Translations under genes and position numbers: made by a program
Shown here: positions 45,253-54,749 of the stretch, piece by piece
Numbering within the stretch: the first letter of the stretch is position 1
How the letters are laid out: each line of letters starts with the position of its first letter
NCBI GenBank assembly: GCA_963664365.1
Contig: OY761144.1
Span: 3,243,621 to 3,307,620, forward strand
Source: Dehalococcoidia bacterium
Lineage (GTDB): Bacteria > Chloroflexota > Dehalococcoidia > Lucifugimonadales > UBA1123
Length of the DNA stretch: 64,000 bases
Direction of reading: 5' to 3'
Notes under the pieces: generated by a model
Seen by the model: only the letters and a program-made list of their open reading frames with translations
Told to the model about the DNA's origin: nothing
Database searches by the model: none

Positions 45253-45882
45253 TTGAGTACCTCCGTTGAAAACAGACAGGCGTACGCCCTGCTTCAGGAC
45301 TACCCTCTCTCCCGCCCGTCGCTGCCGACCCTCGCCGAAAGGGCGCCGCGCATGGTGGCCCTCCAGCTTGCCGCCATGGCGGCGAGTTCCGTCGCGCTGG
45401 CCTACCTGATGATCAGGTTCAGCACCGTCCTCGAATCGCTCGGCTCTTGGGGATACGTCGGAGTCGCCGCCGCCGAGTTCAGCAACAGCGCGATGATCAT
45501 CGTGCCCACACCCGCGTTGGCCTATACCTTCGCCATGGGAGCGGTCCTCAACCCCTTCATCCTCGGGATCGTCGGCGGGACGTTCGCCACCCTCGGAGAG
45601 TTCGTGGGCTATGCCCTAGGACGCAGAGGCGCGGTCTTGCTGCCCGACCGCCCAATGATCCATCGTCTGACCAGATGGACAGACCGCTGGGGCGCTGTCG
45701 TCCTGTTCTGCTCCGCTGCCCTTCCAGTGCCGTTCGACGTCGCCGGAATCTGGGCGGGGACCGTACGATACCCCATTGAGCGCTTCGCTCTGCTCGTATG
45801 GGCCGGCAAGACGCTCAAGATCACCCTTGTCGCCCTAGCCGGGTACTACGGGGTCGAGATGCTGGTAAGGCTCTTCGGCTAG
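45253..45882 (+). CDS. YqaA/DedA-like (VTT/SNARE-associated domain) membrane protein
   Basis: ..AAAEFSNSAMIIVPTPALAYTFAMG........GIVGGTFATLGEFVGYALGRRG.. resembles the DedA/YqaA core. The TTG start is uncertain. Confidence 0.55.
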   Translation: MSTSVENRQAYALLQDYPLSRPSLPTLAERAPRMVALQLAAMAASSVALAYLMIRFSTVLESLGSWGYVGVAAAEFSNSAMIIVPTPALAYTFAMGAVLNPFILGIVGGTFATLGEFVGYALGRRGAVLLPDRPMIHRLTRWTDRWGAVVLFCSAALPVPFDVAGIWAGTVRYPIERFALLVWAGKTLKITLVALAGYYGVEMLVRLFG

Positions 45883-46565
45883 GGGCTTGCGGCCGCTCGA
45901 TTCCCTTCGAGACTGATGCCTGCAAGATTTCTCACGCCATCTCTAAACACTTGAAAGCTCGTTGACCGGTTGCTGTCAATGTCCATGTGGGGAGTTATTG
46001 TCGCGGCCCAATCGCATTTCGCTTCTCCTATATCCGGGTACCCCAGTTTCTTGAGCCTTGTGGACCCACCTGCATGGATAGCGTCCGCAAGAGTTTCCCA
46101 CGTGCCGCATACACTGTCCTGCACGTAATCATCCAGAACTGAATCTTTCGCATTGGGATAGGCCACCTTTATAGCGTCACGGTCTCCCAAGAGCCATGCT
46201 TCGCCTTCCTCGATGGCTATTCTGAACAAGGTCCTCGGAGCCGGATCGCACGCAGTAAGAATATCAAGCAACTCACGCTTGAACTCCATGCAGTCCCTGT
46301 CGTCTAAGTCCACTACCACGATGACCGCAGATGAAACCTGGAGACTCTTTCCATATCCTTGCAATATCCTTGGCAATTGGTCCAAGAGTATCCGATGCTC
46401 CGGCGACGTTACACCACGCAGGTCCCTAGGTACGCGACCAATACCCTTGTACGGGAACATCCTCCATGAGTGTTCGGTGTGGTTTTCGCCAAGAATCTTA
46501 CCGAGAATGACTTCGAGCGCAATGCTTCCCGACTTATCTTCGACCAAGACTTCGAAATGCACCAT
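45879..46565 (-). CDS. DUF4276/Toprim-like protein (partner of the upstream ABC-type ATPase)
   Basis: Three ordered acidic motifs: HFEVLVEDKSGS, VIVVVDLDDRDC, AIEEGEAWLLGD. The ATG abuts the ATPase stop. The family assignment is from memory of the DUF4276 pattern (..lVEG.sE.., ..D.D.., E.EAwLL.D) and is unverified. Confidence 0.5.
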   Translation of the reverse strand: MVHFEVLVEDKSGSIALEVILGKILGENHTEHSWRMFPYKGIGRVPRDLRGVTSPEHRILLDQLPRILQGYGKSLQVSSAVIVVVDLDDRDCMEFKRELLDILTACDPAPRTLFRIAIEEGEAWLLGDRDAIKVAYPNAKDSVLDDYVQDSVCGTWETLADAIHAGGSTRLKKLGYPDIGEAKCDWAATITPHMDIDSNRSTSFQVFRDGVRNLAGISLEGNRAAASP

Positions 46566-47861
46566 CTATCTCCGATCAAGATAGTCGCTGTACCAGAGAC
46601 CGCCCAGCGGCAGACCCTCATCCACCATCGCTTTGACAATTCTGTCATCACTGGCTCTGCGGATGGTTGAGAAGCCGTCAACCCCCTTCTCCAGCACCCA
46701 TGTCTCATCGGGCTTGAGCGCGTCAACGAAATAAGGCTGATGCGTCGTGACGAAAATCTGGGGCGCGCCTCTTCTCCCAGTGGCGTGCGCGTGGAATTCG
46801 GTGGCCAAGACCTCCAGCAGTTTGTGGTAGAGGCCGTTCTCAGGTTCTTCGATGCATATGAACGGCGGGGGCTGCGGATCTTCCAACATGAGCATGTAGG
46901 CGAAGACCTTCAACGTGCCATCCGACATTTGCTGAGCGTAGAAGGGATCGTCAAAGCCTCTGTCGTTGAAGCGGAGAAGCAGCCGACCGTCCGGGCTGCG
47001 TTCCGTATCAATGCGGTCAATACCGGGAATCTTCTCGGCAATCCCACTTAGGATGCGTTCGAATCTGTCTGGATGTTCGCGCTCCATGAACTGAACGACG
47101 TTGCCAAGATTGTCACCGTGAACATTCAGCCGCCGCTGGGGACCGGCCAAAGGCAGGCTGCGAGCGGCATCTGGCGTAAAGTAGCTCAAGTACCAGCCTT
47201 CGACAAACTGCCGAAAAGACGATATTCTCGGGTGTTGCTTCAGTGTGCCGAGAGTTGCTATTCCTAGCCTGCGTTTATCTTGGAGCTCGATGACCTCTGT
47301 TTCTGCGCTTTCCTCGTCTCCCGACCCAGACTGGAGCAGTTCTACTAGTCCGCGAAAGTTGAGTTGTCTCAACTGGTCTTCATCAACCTGTTTTCCTTGC
47401 GCTTCTCCTCTCCATACCACTCCCGCCCCATCATTCAGAATCAAAAACGAGAATGGCCGGCCGCGGCTTTGCCCTCCACGTCGCTGGCGAAGCCGTTCAC
47501 GCAATACGTAGGGCCGACCGGAACTGTCTTTGTCAATCTCAAATTCGTATGTGATAGGCCGCGCCCGCACCTCTTCTCTGTAATAGACCTCAAATGCAAT
47601 TGGAGCCTCACTCCCTTGGGAACGGATTCGGTCGAATCCGCCGCGCCCACGAGTGTCACAGGCCTCTTCGACGCCGACCTTCAGACAATCCGCAACAAAA
47701 CCAAAGGCGTCGAACAAAGAGCTCTTGCCAACCCCGTTTTTCCCAATCACCGCTGTCATTGAAGTCAACGGTTCATATTCCTGCGTATTCCACAGCTTCC
47801 CAAGCGTCACATCTTCAAACACTCGGTAGTTTCTGACCCTGATGCCCTCGATTTTTGCCAT
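46566..47861 (-). CDS. ABC-type (SMC/RecF-like, AAA_15/21-type) ATPase
   Basis: IRVRNYRVFEDV... Walker A GKNGVGKSS, signature-like QMSDGT, Walker B/D-loop FICIEEPENGL, H-loop TTHQP. Confidence 0.8.
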   Translation of the reverse strand: MAKIEGIRVRNYRVFEDVTLGKLWNTQEYEPLTSMTAVIGKNGVGKSSLFDAFGFVADCLKVGVEEACDTRGRGGFDRIRSQGSEAPIAFEVYYREEVRARPITYEFEIDKDSSGRPYVLRERLRQRRGGQSRGRPFSFLILNDGAGVVWRGEAQGKQVDEDQLRQLNFRGLVELLQSGSGDEESAETEVIELQDKRRLGIATLGTLKQHPRISSFRQFVEGWYLSYFTPDAARSLPLAGPQRRLNVHGDNLGNVVQFMEREHPDRFERILSGIAEKIPGIDRIDTERSPDGRLLLRFNDRGFDDPFYAQQMSDGTLKVFAYMLMLEDPQPPPFICIEEPENGLYHKLLEVLATEFHAHATGRRGAPQIFVTTHQPYFVDALKPDETWVLEKGVDGFSTIRRASDDRIVKAMVDEGLPLGGLWYSDYLDRR

Positions 47862-48034
47862 GGGTCCGCATCCTTTGGGACTCTGACTATTTGCTAAGTG
47901 TAGCCATGCTACATCATAGCTTAAAGGAAATCGGGCTGCGCCACCTCCCTCTACGGCTTTACACGCGCGCGCGCTTCATATAGCATGGGGCAACCGCACC
48001 AAGGCGCGTTGCTTCCCAGAGGAGGGGTGGCACA

Positions 48035-48646
48035 ATGTCCGATTACCAGTCGCTGCTCGCCCGAATCTCCGGCTGTACCAAATGCACGCTTTCACAGGGC
48101 CGGAACAAGACCGTGCCGGGCGACGGCGCCCTCGACGCCGACATCATGTTCATCGGCGAAGGCCCCGGTTTTCACGAAGACCGCCAGGGCCTGCCGTTCG
48201 TGGGACAGGCGGGCAACCTGCTGAACGAGATGCTCGCGCTCATCGGACTGGCGCGCGGCGACGTGTACATCACGAACATGATCAAGTGCCGTCCGCCCAA
48301 CAACCGCGACCCGTTTCCCGTCGAGATAAGCTCATGCGGCCCATACCTCGACGAGCAGATCGAGATGATCGACCCCAAGGTGATAGTCACCCTCGGACGG
48401 TTCTCGTTTTCCAAGTTCTTTCCGGGCGAAGCGATCGGCAAGGCAAGGGGCAAGCCGCGAAATTGGAACGGCCTGGTGGTGTACCCGATGTACCACCCGG
48501 CGGCCGCGCTGCGCAACCCACGCCTGAGGAGCGCGCTGGAAAGCGATTTCTCGACGCTCCCCGACCTGATCCGACAGGTCAACGAGCGCCAGGTCTTGGG
48601 TGAAGAGCCCGAGCAGGACCCCGCCAACCAACTTTCGATGTTCTAA
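48035..48646 (+). CDS. udg: Uracil-DNA glycosylase, family 4
   Basis: ..C..C.L...R...V.G.G...A.IMFIGEGPG..ED..G.PFVG.AG.LL...L.., and ..HPAA.LR... The 4Fe-4S-type Cys pattern is present (CTKC.., ..KCRPP.., ..C.PY). Confidence 0.88.
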   Translation: MSDYQSLLARISGCTKCTLSQGRNKTVPGDGALDADIMFIGEGPGFHEDRQGLPFVGQAGNLLNEMLALIGLARGDVYITNMIKCRPPNNRDPFPVEISSCGPYLDEQIEMIDPKVIVTLGRFSFSKFFPGEAIGKARGKPRNWNGLVVYPMYHPAAALRNPRLRSALESDFSTLPDLIRQVNERQVLGEEPEQDPANQLSMF

Positions 48647-48654
48647 CAGGCCAC

Positions 48655-50316
48655 ATGCCCAGCACACCACTTCGAGTCATTCCGCTAGGCGGACTCGGCG
48701 AAATCGGACAGAACATGATGGCCGTCGAGTACGGCGACGACCTCGTCGTCATCGACGCCGGAGTCCTCTTTCTGGAGGAGGACCTGCCCGGAATAGACTT
48801 CGCCGTCCCGGACTTCGCCTACCTGCGAGAAAACCGCTCGCGGCTCCGCGCCGTCCTGATAACGCACGGCCACGAAGACCACATCGGAGCGCTGCCATAC
48901 CTTCTCGCCGAGATGAACGTCCCTGTCTATTCATCCAGGCTGACCAACGGACTGATCTCCGTCAAGCTGCGCGAGCGCAAGCTGCTCCGCGACGCGGAAC
49001 TCAACGTCGTGGAGCCGAACACTCAGTTCAGGGTCAGCCCCCACTTCCAGGCGCAGTTCTTCAGGGTCTGCCACTCCATCCCCGACGCCATGGGCATCGC
49101 CATAACCACCCCGCTTGGCGTGATCGTCCATACCGGCGACTTCAAGATCGACCACACTCCGGCGGACGGCAAGCCCACGGACTTCACCCCCCTGAGCCGG
49201 ATAGTCAACGACGGCGCGCTGCTGCTGTTCTCCGACTCGACTTACGCCGAGGTCGAAGGGTACACGGCGTCCGAGCAGGTCGTCGGCGAAGCGCTGGACC
49301 GCGCCATAGGCGACGCCGCCGGCAGGGTCATGATAGCCACCTTCGCCTCCCTCATATCCAGAATACAGCAGATCATCAACGCCGCCGTCAAGTATGACCG
49401 CAAGGTAACCGTCGTCGGCCGGAGCATGATAAACAACGTCAACATGGCCCTGAACATGGGATACCTCGACGCGCCGCCGGACACGGTTATCCCGATGTCC
49501 AAGGCCAGAGACCTCCCCTTGGAAAAGACGGTCATCGTCGCCACCGGAAGCCAGGGAGAGCCGACTTCCGCCCTCGTCCGAATCGCCAACAACTCCCACC
49601 AAGACATCGAGATCGTGCCCGGCGATACCGTTGTCATATCCGCATCCCCCATTCCGGGCAACGAGACGGTCGTCGCCAAGACGGTGGATAACCTGCTCAG
49701 GCAGGGCGCGTCCGTCCTTTACAGCCGCGTGTCGCTCGTACACGTACACGGACACGCCGCCCGTGAAGAGCTCAAGATGATGCTCAGCATCGTCAAGCCC
49801 AGATACTTCGTCCCGGTGCATGGCGAGTACCGTCACCTCGTCCAGCACGCCTCCATCGCCTCCGACATGGGGGTTCCGAGCTCGCGCATCTTCGTCCTCG
49901 AAGATGGCGACGTTCTTGAGTTGGACGAGCGGAGCGGCGAAGTCGTCGACCGGGTCCAAGCCGGGCACGTCTTCGTGGACGGCAGGCGCCTCTGGAAGGT
50001 GGACAGCCAAATACTCAGTGAGAGAAAGAGCCTCGCGGCGGCAGGCGTGGTGACGGTCACGGTAACTCTGAGCGCCCTGACCGGCCTTCCGATTGCGGAG
50101 CCTTCGATCACCTCTTCCGGCTTCATGGATTCGGAAGACTCTCATATTTTGTTCAAAAATGCTTCAAAAGAAGTTTCAACCGCGCTAGAACGAATCGCGC
50201 CGAAGCGCCTAACATTGGAAGAGGTGAAGTCCAGCCTGAACAAGTCGGTCAAAGACTTCCTCTACCGCGAGACGCGGCGTCGTCCGACGGTTCTCACGGT
50301 TATCGAGAGCGTATGA
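48655..50316 (+). CDS. rnj: Ribonuclease J
   Basis: LRVIPLGGLGEIGQNMMAVEY.DD..VIDAG.., ..ITHGHEDHIGALPYL.. (metallo-beta-lactamase HxHxDH), and beta-CASP with ..VHGHA..EEL.... Confidence 0.92.
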   Translation: MPSTPLRVIPLGGLGEIGQNMMAVEYGDDLVVIDAGVLFLEEDLPGIDFAVPDFAYLRENRSRLRAVLITHGHEDHIGALPYLLAEMNVPVYSSRLTNGLISVKLRERKLLRDAELNVVEPNTQFRVSPHFQAQFFRVCHSIPDAMGIAITTPLGVIVHTGDFKIDHTPADGKPTDFTPLSRIVNDGALLLFSDSTYAEVEGYTASEQVVGEALDRAIGDAAGRVMIATFASLISRIQQIINAAVKYDRKVTVVGRSMINNVNMALNMGYLDAPPDTVIPMSKARDLPLEKTVIVATGSQGEPTSALVRIANNSHQDIEIVPGDTVVISASPIPGNETVVAKTVDNLLRQGASVLYSRVSLVHVHGHAAREELKMMLSIVKPRYFVPVHGEYRHLVQHASIASDMGVPSSRIFVLEDGDVLELDERSGEVVDRVQAGHVFVDGRRLWKVDSQILSERKSLAAAGVVTVTVTLSALTGLPIAEPSITSSGFMDSEDSHILFKNASKEVSTALERIAPKRLTLEEVKSSLNKSVKDFLYRETRRRPTVLTVIESV

Positions 50317-50397
50317 CCCCGTCTTGAGACACTCGCTGGACTCCGGGACGGGGACGATGATCCGGTCCTGTACATCCAGTCGAGAGGGTACGGCAAT

Positions 50398-52911
50398 ATG
50401 AGTTTCATTCGGCGATTCCTTCCGGCGTTGGTCTTCCTGGCGCTGAGCGCGGTCTTTCTGGCGTTTATCAGCCTCGTGCTGTTCGGCAACTCAATTTGGA
50501 ATTGGTCGAACCAGACGCGCATCTCCATTCTCGGCGTCACGGGTTTGACTCTGGCGCCCATTGGTCTCTGGGCCGCCGCGCTGCTCCTCGCCCTCGCATT
50601 CAAGCGCGAGTGGCTGAAGATGTACAACTACTGGCTGTCGGGGGCGCTGGCAGTCCTTGCCATGTCGGGCGTAATGGCTTTCTTCAGGCCGTTCGACGGA
50701 TGGCTCGCTTGGTTCAACATCTACGGGACCTACACGCTGGGCGGCGACATCGGAGATACGATAATCGGGAGTCCCTCCTTCTTTGGCGGCGTCCGCGCGG
50801 CAATCGTCGCCTTGGCGGCAGTCGCTGTCGCGCTGCCCGCGTGGTCGAAGCTGGTGTCGGAGTCGGTCGGCAGGGGGGCGGTGTTCTTGTACGTGACTCT
50901 GTTCATGTGGATAAAGTCGCTGCTCTTCAGGGGAGACCTCCCCAAAGTGGACGACGACGAAGCGCAGCCGCCCGCGTCCGGGCAGCAGAACGACGGTCTC
51001 GGCATCGCCGGTCTCTCGGACAGAGACAGATTCGGTGTTTGGGGAGAAGACCGAGGCGCCTCGACCCTCGGACCGAATGAACCCGGAATATCCGGGCCGT
51101 ACTCTCCGGGCGGGGTCCCCGCATTCGCATCGCCCACACCCGATAACGGCGGACCCGTCTCCGACCCGCCCACAAATGGCAGCTTGTGGGACGACGACGA
51201 AGATACTGACGGTCCCACACCGGCCCCAAGCCCGGAGAGGATACTCGTGGCGTCAGGAGTAGGCGGGGCAGGCTCAGCGGAGCCGCAGCCAAAGGCCAAC
51301 AGGTACTGGGCAAGCAACCGCGGCGATGACCGGTCGGCATCTACGTTGACTCAGCTGCGCTCCCAGACTCGCGCGCTCGAACCGCAGGCGATGGCGAACG
51401 GCTCAGTCCTTACGTGGCAGATGCCGAGCCCGGAGGTCTTCAAGGACGCTCCCGAAAATCCCATCTCGAAGGACGAGCTTCACGCCACATCCCAGGCTAT
51501 CACCAACACTCTTGGAGAATACGGCGTGGAGGTGAAGATAGGCCACGTGAGGCCCGGCCCGACGGTCACGATGTACGGACTGGTGCCCGGATGGGTGCGG
51601 CGGCAGAAGATACACAGGCAGGTGGACAAAGATGGGAACCCGGTGCGTGACGAATCGGGCAAGCAGATTACCAAGCGGGTCGAAGAGAAGACCCGTGTCA
51701 AGGTGGATACGATCCTCGCCCGCGAGAAAGACCTCGCCCTGGCCCTGAAGACGCCCGCGATTCGCATAGAGACGCCCGCCATGGGCAAGTCCCTCGTCGG
51801 TATCGAAGTCCCCAATCCGACGCCCAGCCTCGTGACCCTGCGCAGCGTCATGGAGAGCCGCGAGTACCAGAAGATCAAGAAGAGCGCGCATCTGCCAATC
51901 GCGCTTGGCCGCGCGAGCGGCGGCGACGACGTCGTCTTCGACCTCGCCAAGATGCCACATCTCCTGGTCGCGGGCGCGACGGGCAGCGGAAAGAGCTTCT
52001 GCCTCAACGCCATCGTCTCATGCCTGATTACCGAGAAGTCTCCGGCCCAGCTTCGCCTCCTTCTGGTGGACCCGAAGCGCGTGGAGTTGACGCCCTACAA
52101 CGGAATACCGCACCTCATGGCCCCCGTGGTCGTCGAGACCGACACGGTCGTCGGCTACCTGAAGGGACTGATACGCGAGATGTTCGACCGCTACCGACGC
52201 ATGGAGGAAGTCGGCGTCCGCAACATCGAGGCATACAACAAGCGAATGCCGGACAAGATGCCGTTCCTCTGCGTCGTCGTAGATGAGTTGGCCGACCTCA
52301 TGATGACTGCCGCGTTCGACGTGGAGCAGTCGCTGTGCCGTCTCGCGCAGCTTGGCAGAGCCACCGGCATACACATCATCATCGCCACACAGCGCCCGTC
52401 CGTGGACGTCGTGACCGGACTCATTAAGGCCAACTTCCCAAGCAGGATCAGCTTCAGCGTCACCTCGCAGGTGGACTCTCGCACCATCCTAGACACCGCC
52501 GGCGCCGAAAAGCTACTCGGACGCGGCGACATGCTCTACCAGCCCATCGACGCCAACAAGCCGGCGAGAGTCCAGGGAGTGTTCCTCAGCGACCAGGAGA
52601 TCGAGGAACTCATCAACCACTGGAAGACCATCCCTTGGGCGCGGGTCGAACCGATAGACCTCCTCGGCGACAGCGACGCCCCGGATGAATCCGAAGCCGA
52701 GAGCAATGACAAGCCGGACCGCGACGATCTCATGGACAAGGCGTTGGAGCTTGCCCAAAGCCACCGCAAGCTGTCCACCTCTCTATTGCAACGCAGGCTC
52801 CGCATTGGATATCCCAGAGCCGCGCGCCTGATGGACCAGTTGGAAGAGGAAGGAGTCGTGGGCCCGAGTGACGGATCCAAGTCCAGGGAAGTCACAATCG
52901 CCCAAAACTGA
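50398..52911 (+). CDS. ftsK: DNA translocase FtsK
   Basis: N-terminal TM helices, a low-complexity P/G/D linker, a motor domain with Walker A VAGATGSGKS and ..VVVDELADLMM.., and a gamma domain ..STSLLQRRLRIGYPRAARLMDQLEEEGVVGP... Confidence 0.95.
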   Translation: MSFIRRFLPALVFLALSAVFLAFISLVLFGNSIWNWSNQTRISILGVTGLTLAPIGLWAAALLLALAFKREWLKMYNYWLSGALAVLAMSGVMAFFRPFDGWLAWFNIYGTYTLGGDIGDTIIGSPSFFGGVRAAIVALAAVAVALPAWSKLVSESVGRGAVFLYVTLFMWIKSLLFRGDLPKVDDDEAQPPASGQQNDGLGIAGLSDRDRFGVWGEDRGASTLGPNEPGISGPYSPGGVPAFASPTPDNGGPVSDPPTNGSLWDDDEDTDGPTPAPSPERILVASGVGGAGSAEPQPKANRYWASNRGDDRSASTLTQLRSQTRALEPQAMANGSVLTWQMPSPEVFKDAPENPISKDELHATSQAITNTLGEYGVEVKIGHVRPGPTVTMYGLVPGWVRRQKIHRQVDKDGNPVRDESGKQITKRVEEKTRVKVDTILAREKDLALALKTPAIRIETPAMGKSLVGIEVPNPTPSLVTLRSVMESREYQKIKKSAHLPIALGRASGGDDVVFDLAKMPHLLVAGATGSGKSFCLNAIVSCLITEKSPAQLRLLLVDPKRVELTPYNGIPHLMAPVVVETDTVVGYLKGLIREMFDRYRRMEEVGVRNIEAYNKRMPDKMPFLCVVVDELADLMMTAAFDVEQSLCRLAQLGRATGIHIIIATQRPSVDVVTGLIKANFPSRISFSVTSQVDSRTILDTAGAEKLLGRGDMLYQPIDANKPARVQGVFLSDQEIEELINHWKTIPWARVEPIDLLGDSDAPDESEAESNDKPDRDDLMDKALELAQSHRKLSTSLLQRRLRIGYPRAARLMDQLEEEGVVGPSDGSKSREVTIAQN

Positions 52912-52979
52912 CGCCCACCACCACCATCCCTGCCGTGATAAACTGTTTGTGAGAAACGTAGTCAGCCAAGGTTGGGCTG

Positions 52980-54297
52980 GTGGTAGAAGAGACTGAATCT
53001 CGTCCGCGCATAGCCAAAGTGTGGGCCAAGAACTTCCGCAGCATCAAGTCTGCCGAGTTGGAGTTGGGTCCGCTGACAGCGCTTGTCGGCCCCAACGCTT
53101 CCGGCAAGAGCAACCTGATCGACATTCTGGGATTCCTCGGAGATGCCGCTCGCCTTGGCCTTGAAACCGCTATAACCCGACGGGGCGGAATCGACTCAAT
53201 TGGCCGCAAGTCGCCGGCCGGAAGAGTTCTGGGCCCCGAGATTGGCTGTAAGTGCGTATCCGATTGGGGAATGCTCGATTACACCGTCGCCGTGGCCCGG
53301 CGAGGCAGGGGCGAGTATCGGGTCAAGCGGGAATACGCCAAGCTGGAACCCACCGATGCCGACATTGGTACACTGGAATTCGAATTCACCAACGGACGGC
53401 TCACCAAGCCCAATCTCACGAGGTTGTTGAAACAGGACGATTCCACACGAACTGAAGACAACGGACATGCGACCGGACTTGCCACCCTTGCCAATCATCT
53501 CATTGAGGAGTCGGGCCGCCGAGACCTCCTACTGATGTCCGCTGAACCACCTAGCCTCACTGTAGTTTTGGGATTACTGCTTAGCCGACGAGGTGAGAAC
53601 GAGGTCAACTCTGGATTGCTCTTACACGAGGCCCTTGACGTCGCAAGAGATGGCCTTGACAAGATCGGACTCTATCACATCTTCCCCAACTCACTCCGGG
53701 ATCCTCAGAAAGTGGCCGACAGCCATCCTTTGGCAACGGGCGGGGAGAACCTGGCGTCAACGCTAAGAGATATGATCAGGAGGAAGAGTCGCTTTCTTCC
53801 CGATCTTAAGGCTGCCCTAGCGTTTGCGGTTCCGGGAGTTCAGGACATTAGAGTCAAATCCGCGGGCAGTTGCGCTCGTGGTTGAACTCAACCACGAGCG
53901 CAACGGCGGGAACGACAGGGGGAATTGGTTCGACCTGTCCCATGAGTCCGACGGCACAATCCGTCTGCTGGCTCTGCTGACCGCGCTGTTCCAAGAGCCT
54001 GCTCCGCCGCTGATTGGTCTGGAAGAGCCTGAGTTGGCCATTCACCCCGGCACTATGGCAGTTTTGTCCGACACCATGTTGGAAGCGGCGCTGAGGGGCC
54101 AAGTGATGGTCGCCACCCACAGCCCCGACCTGATCGACCGGCTGCCCATCGAGAGCATCCGCGCGGTAACCGCCGAAGACGGCCCCACCCAGGTGGGCAA
54201 AGTCGCCGAACATCAACTGGCATCAGTGAAAGAGAAACTGTTCTCAGCCGGAGAACTGCACAGCATGGAAGGTCTCCAGCCGGCCGGAGTTGAGTAG
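52980..54297 (+). pseudogene. ABC-type ATPase paralogous to 46566..47861, disrupted by a +1 frameshift near 53865-53880
   Basis: ORF 52980..53885 carries Walker A GPNASGKSN. ORF 53824..54297, in the next frame, carries LSHESDGT, LIGLEEPELAIHP and ATHSP. The reading ..VQDIRVKSAG / (A)VALVVELNHE.. parallels ..IDRIDTERSPDGRLLLRFND.. of the intact paralogue. Confidence 0.7.
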
Positions 54298-54305
54298 TCG
54301 CCAAT

Positions 54306-54642
54306 ATGGTTATGATTGTTCCAGTGGTCGAGGGCGATGGAGACGCCGCCGCCTTTCCGGAATTGCTGATCAGGATTCTTGGGGAGAAGTTCAATCGTTA
54401 CGATGTCTCTGTCGCCCGAGGGAAAACCAAAGTGGTGAAAGCCAACAGCAGGGATAAACTGGAGTCCGACCCCGGCAGATTCCTGCGACACGCACAGAGA
54501 AACAACTCACCAAGCATCGTTCAGCAGGGCCATCGATTTAGATTTGGCGCACCGGAATTCACGCTCATTCCGTCGGTTGTGCCACGCGGTGGAACAACTG
54601 CTGACGGCATTGGACGACCCGCCGCCTAACAGCCCATCCTGA
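54306..54642 (+). pseudogene. DUF4276/Toprim-like gene remnant (frameshifted near 54480-54525 and 3'-truncated)
   Basis: Frame 0 reads MVMIVPVVEGDGDAAAFPELLIRILGE... Frame +1 from about 54500 reads ..AIDLDLAHRNSRSFRRLCHAVEQLLTALDDPPPN* and aligns by eye with VVDLDDRDCMEFKRELLDILTACDPAPR of the intact copy. The region with the E.EAWLL motif is missing. Confidence 0.55.
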
Positions 54643-54749
54643 CCTATTCCGATACGATGACCGCCGTCCCCACAAAACGGGAATACACTTGCCGGAGGTG
54701 TTACAATAAACCAGAACTAGCTTCTGATCTGTTGTAAAGGTGTCTGGCA

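Noticed and set aside
53824-54297. A stand-alone 157-aa gene.
   Set aside because: It contains only the C-terminal half of an ABC ATPase (signature, Walker B, H-loop) and overlaps the N-terminal half in another frame. It is better explained as one frameshifted gene.
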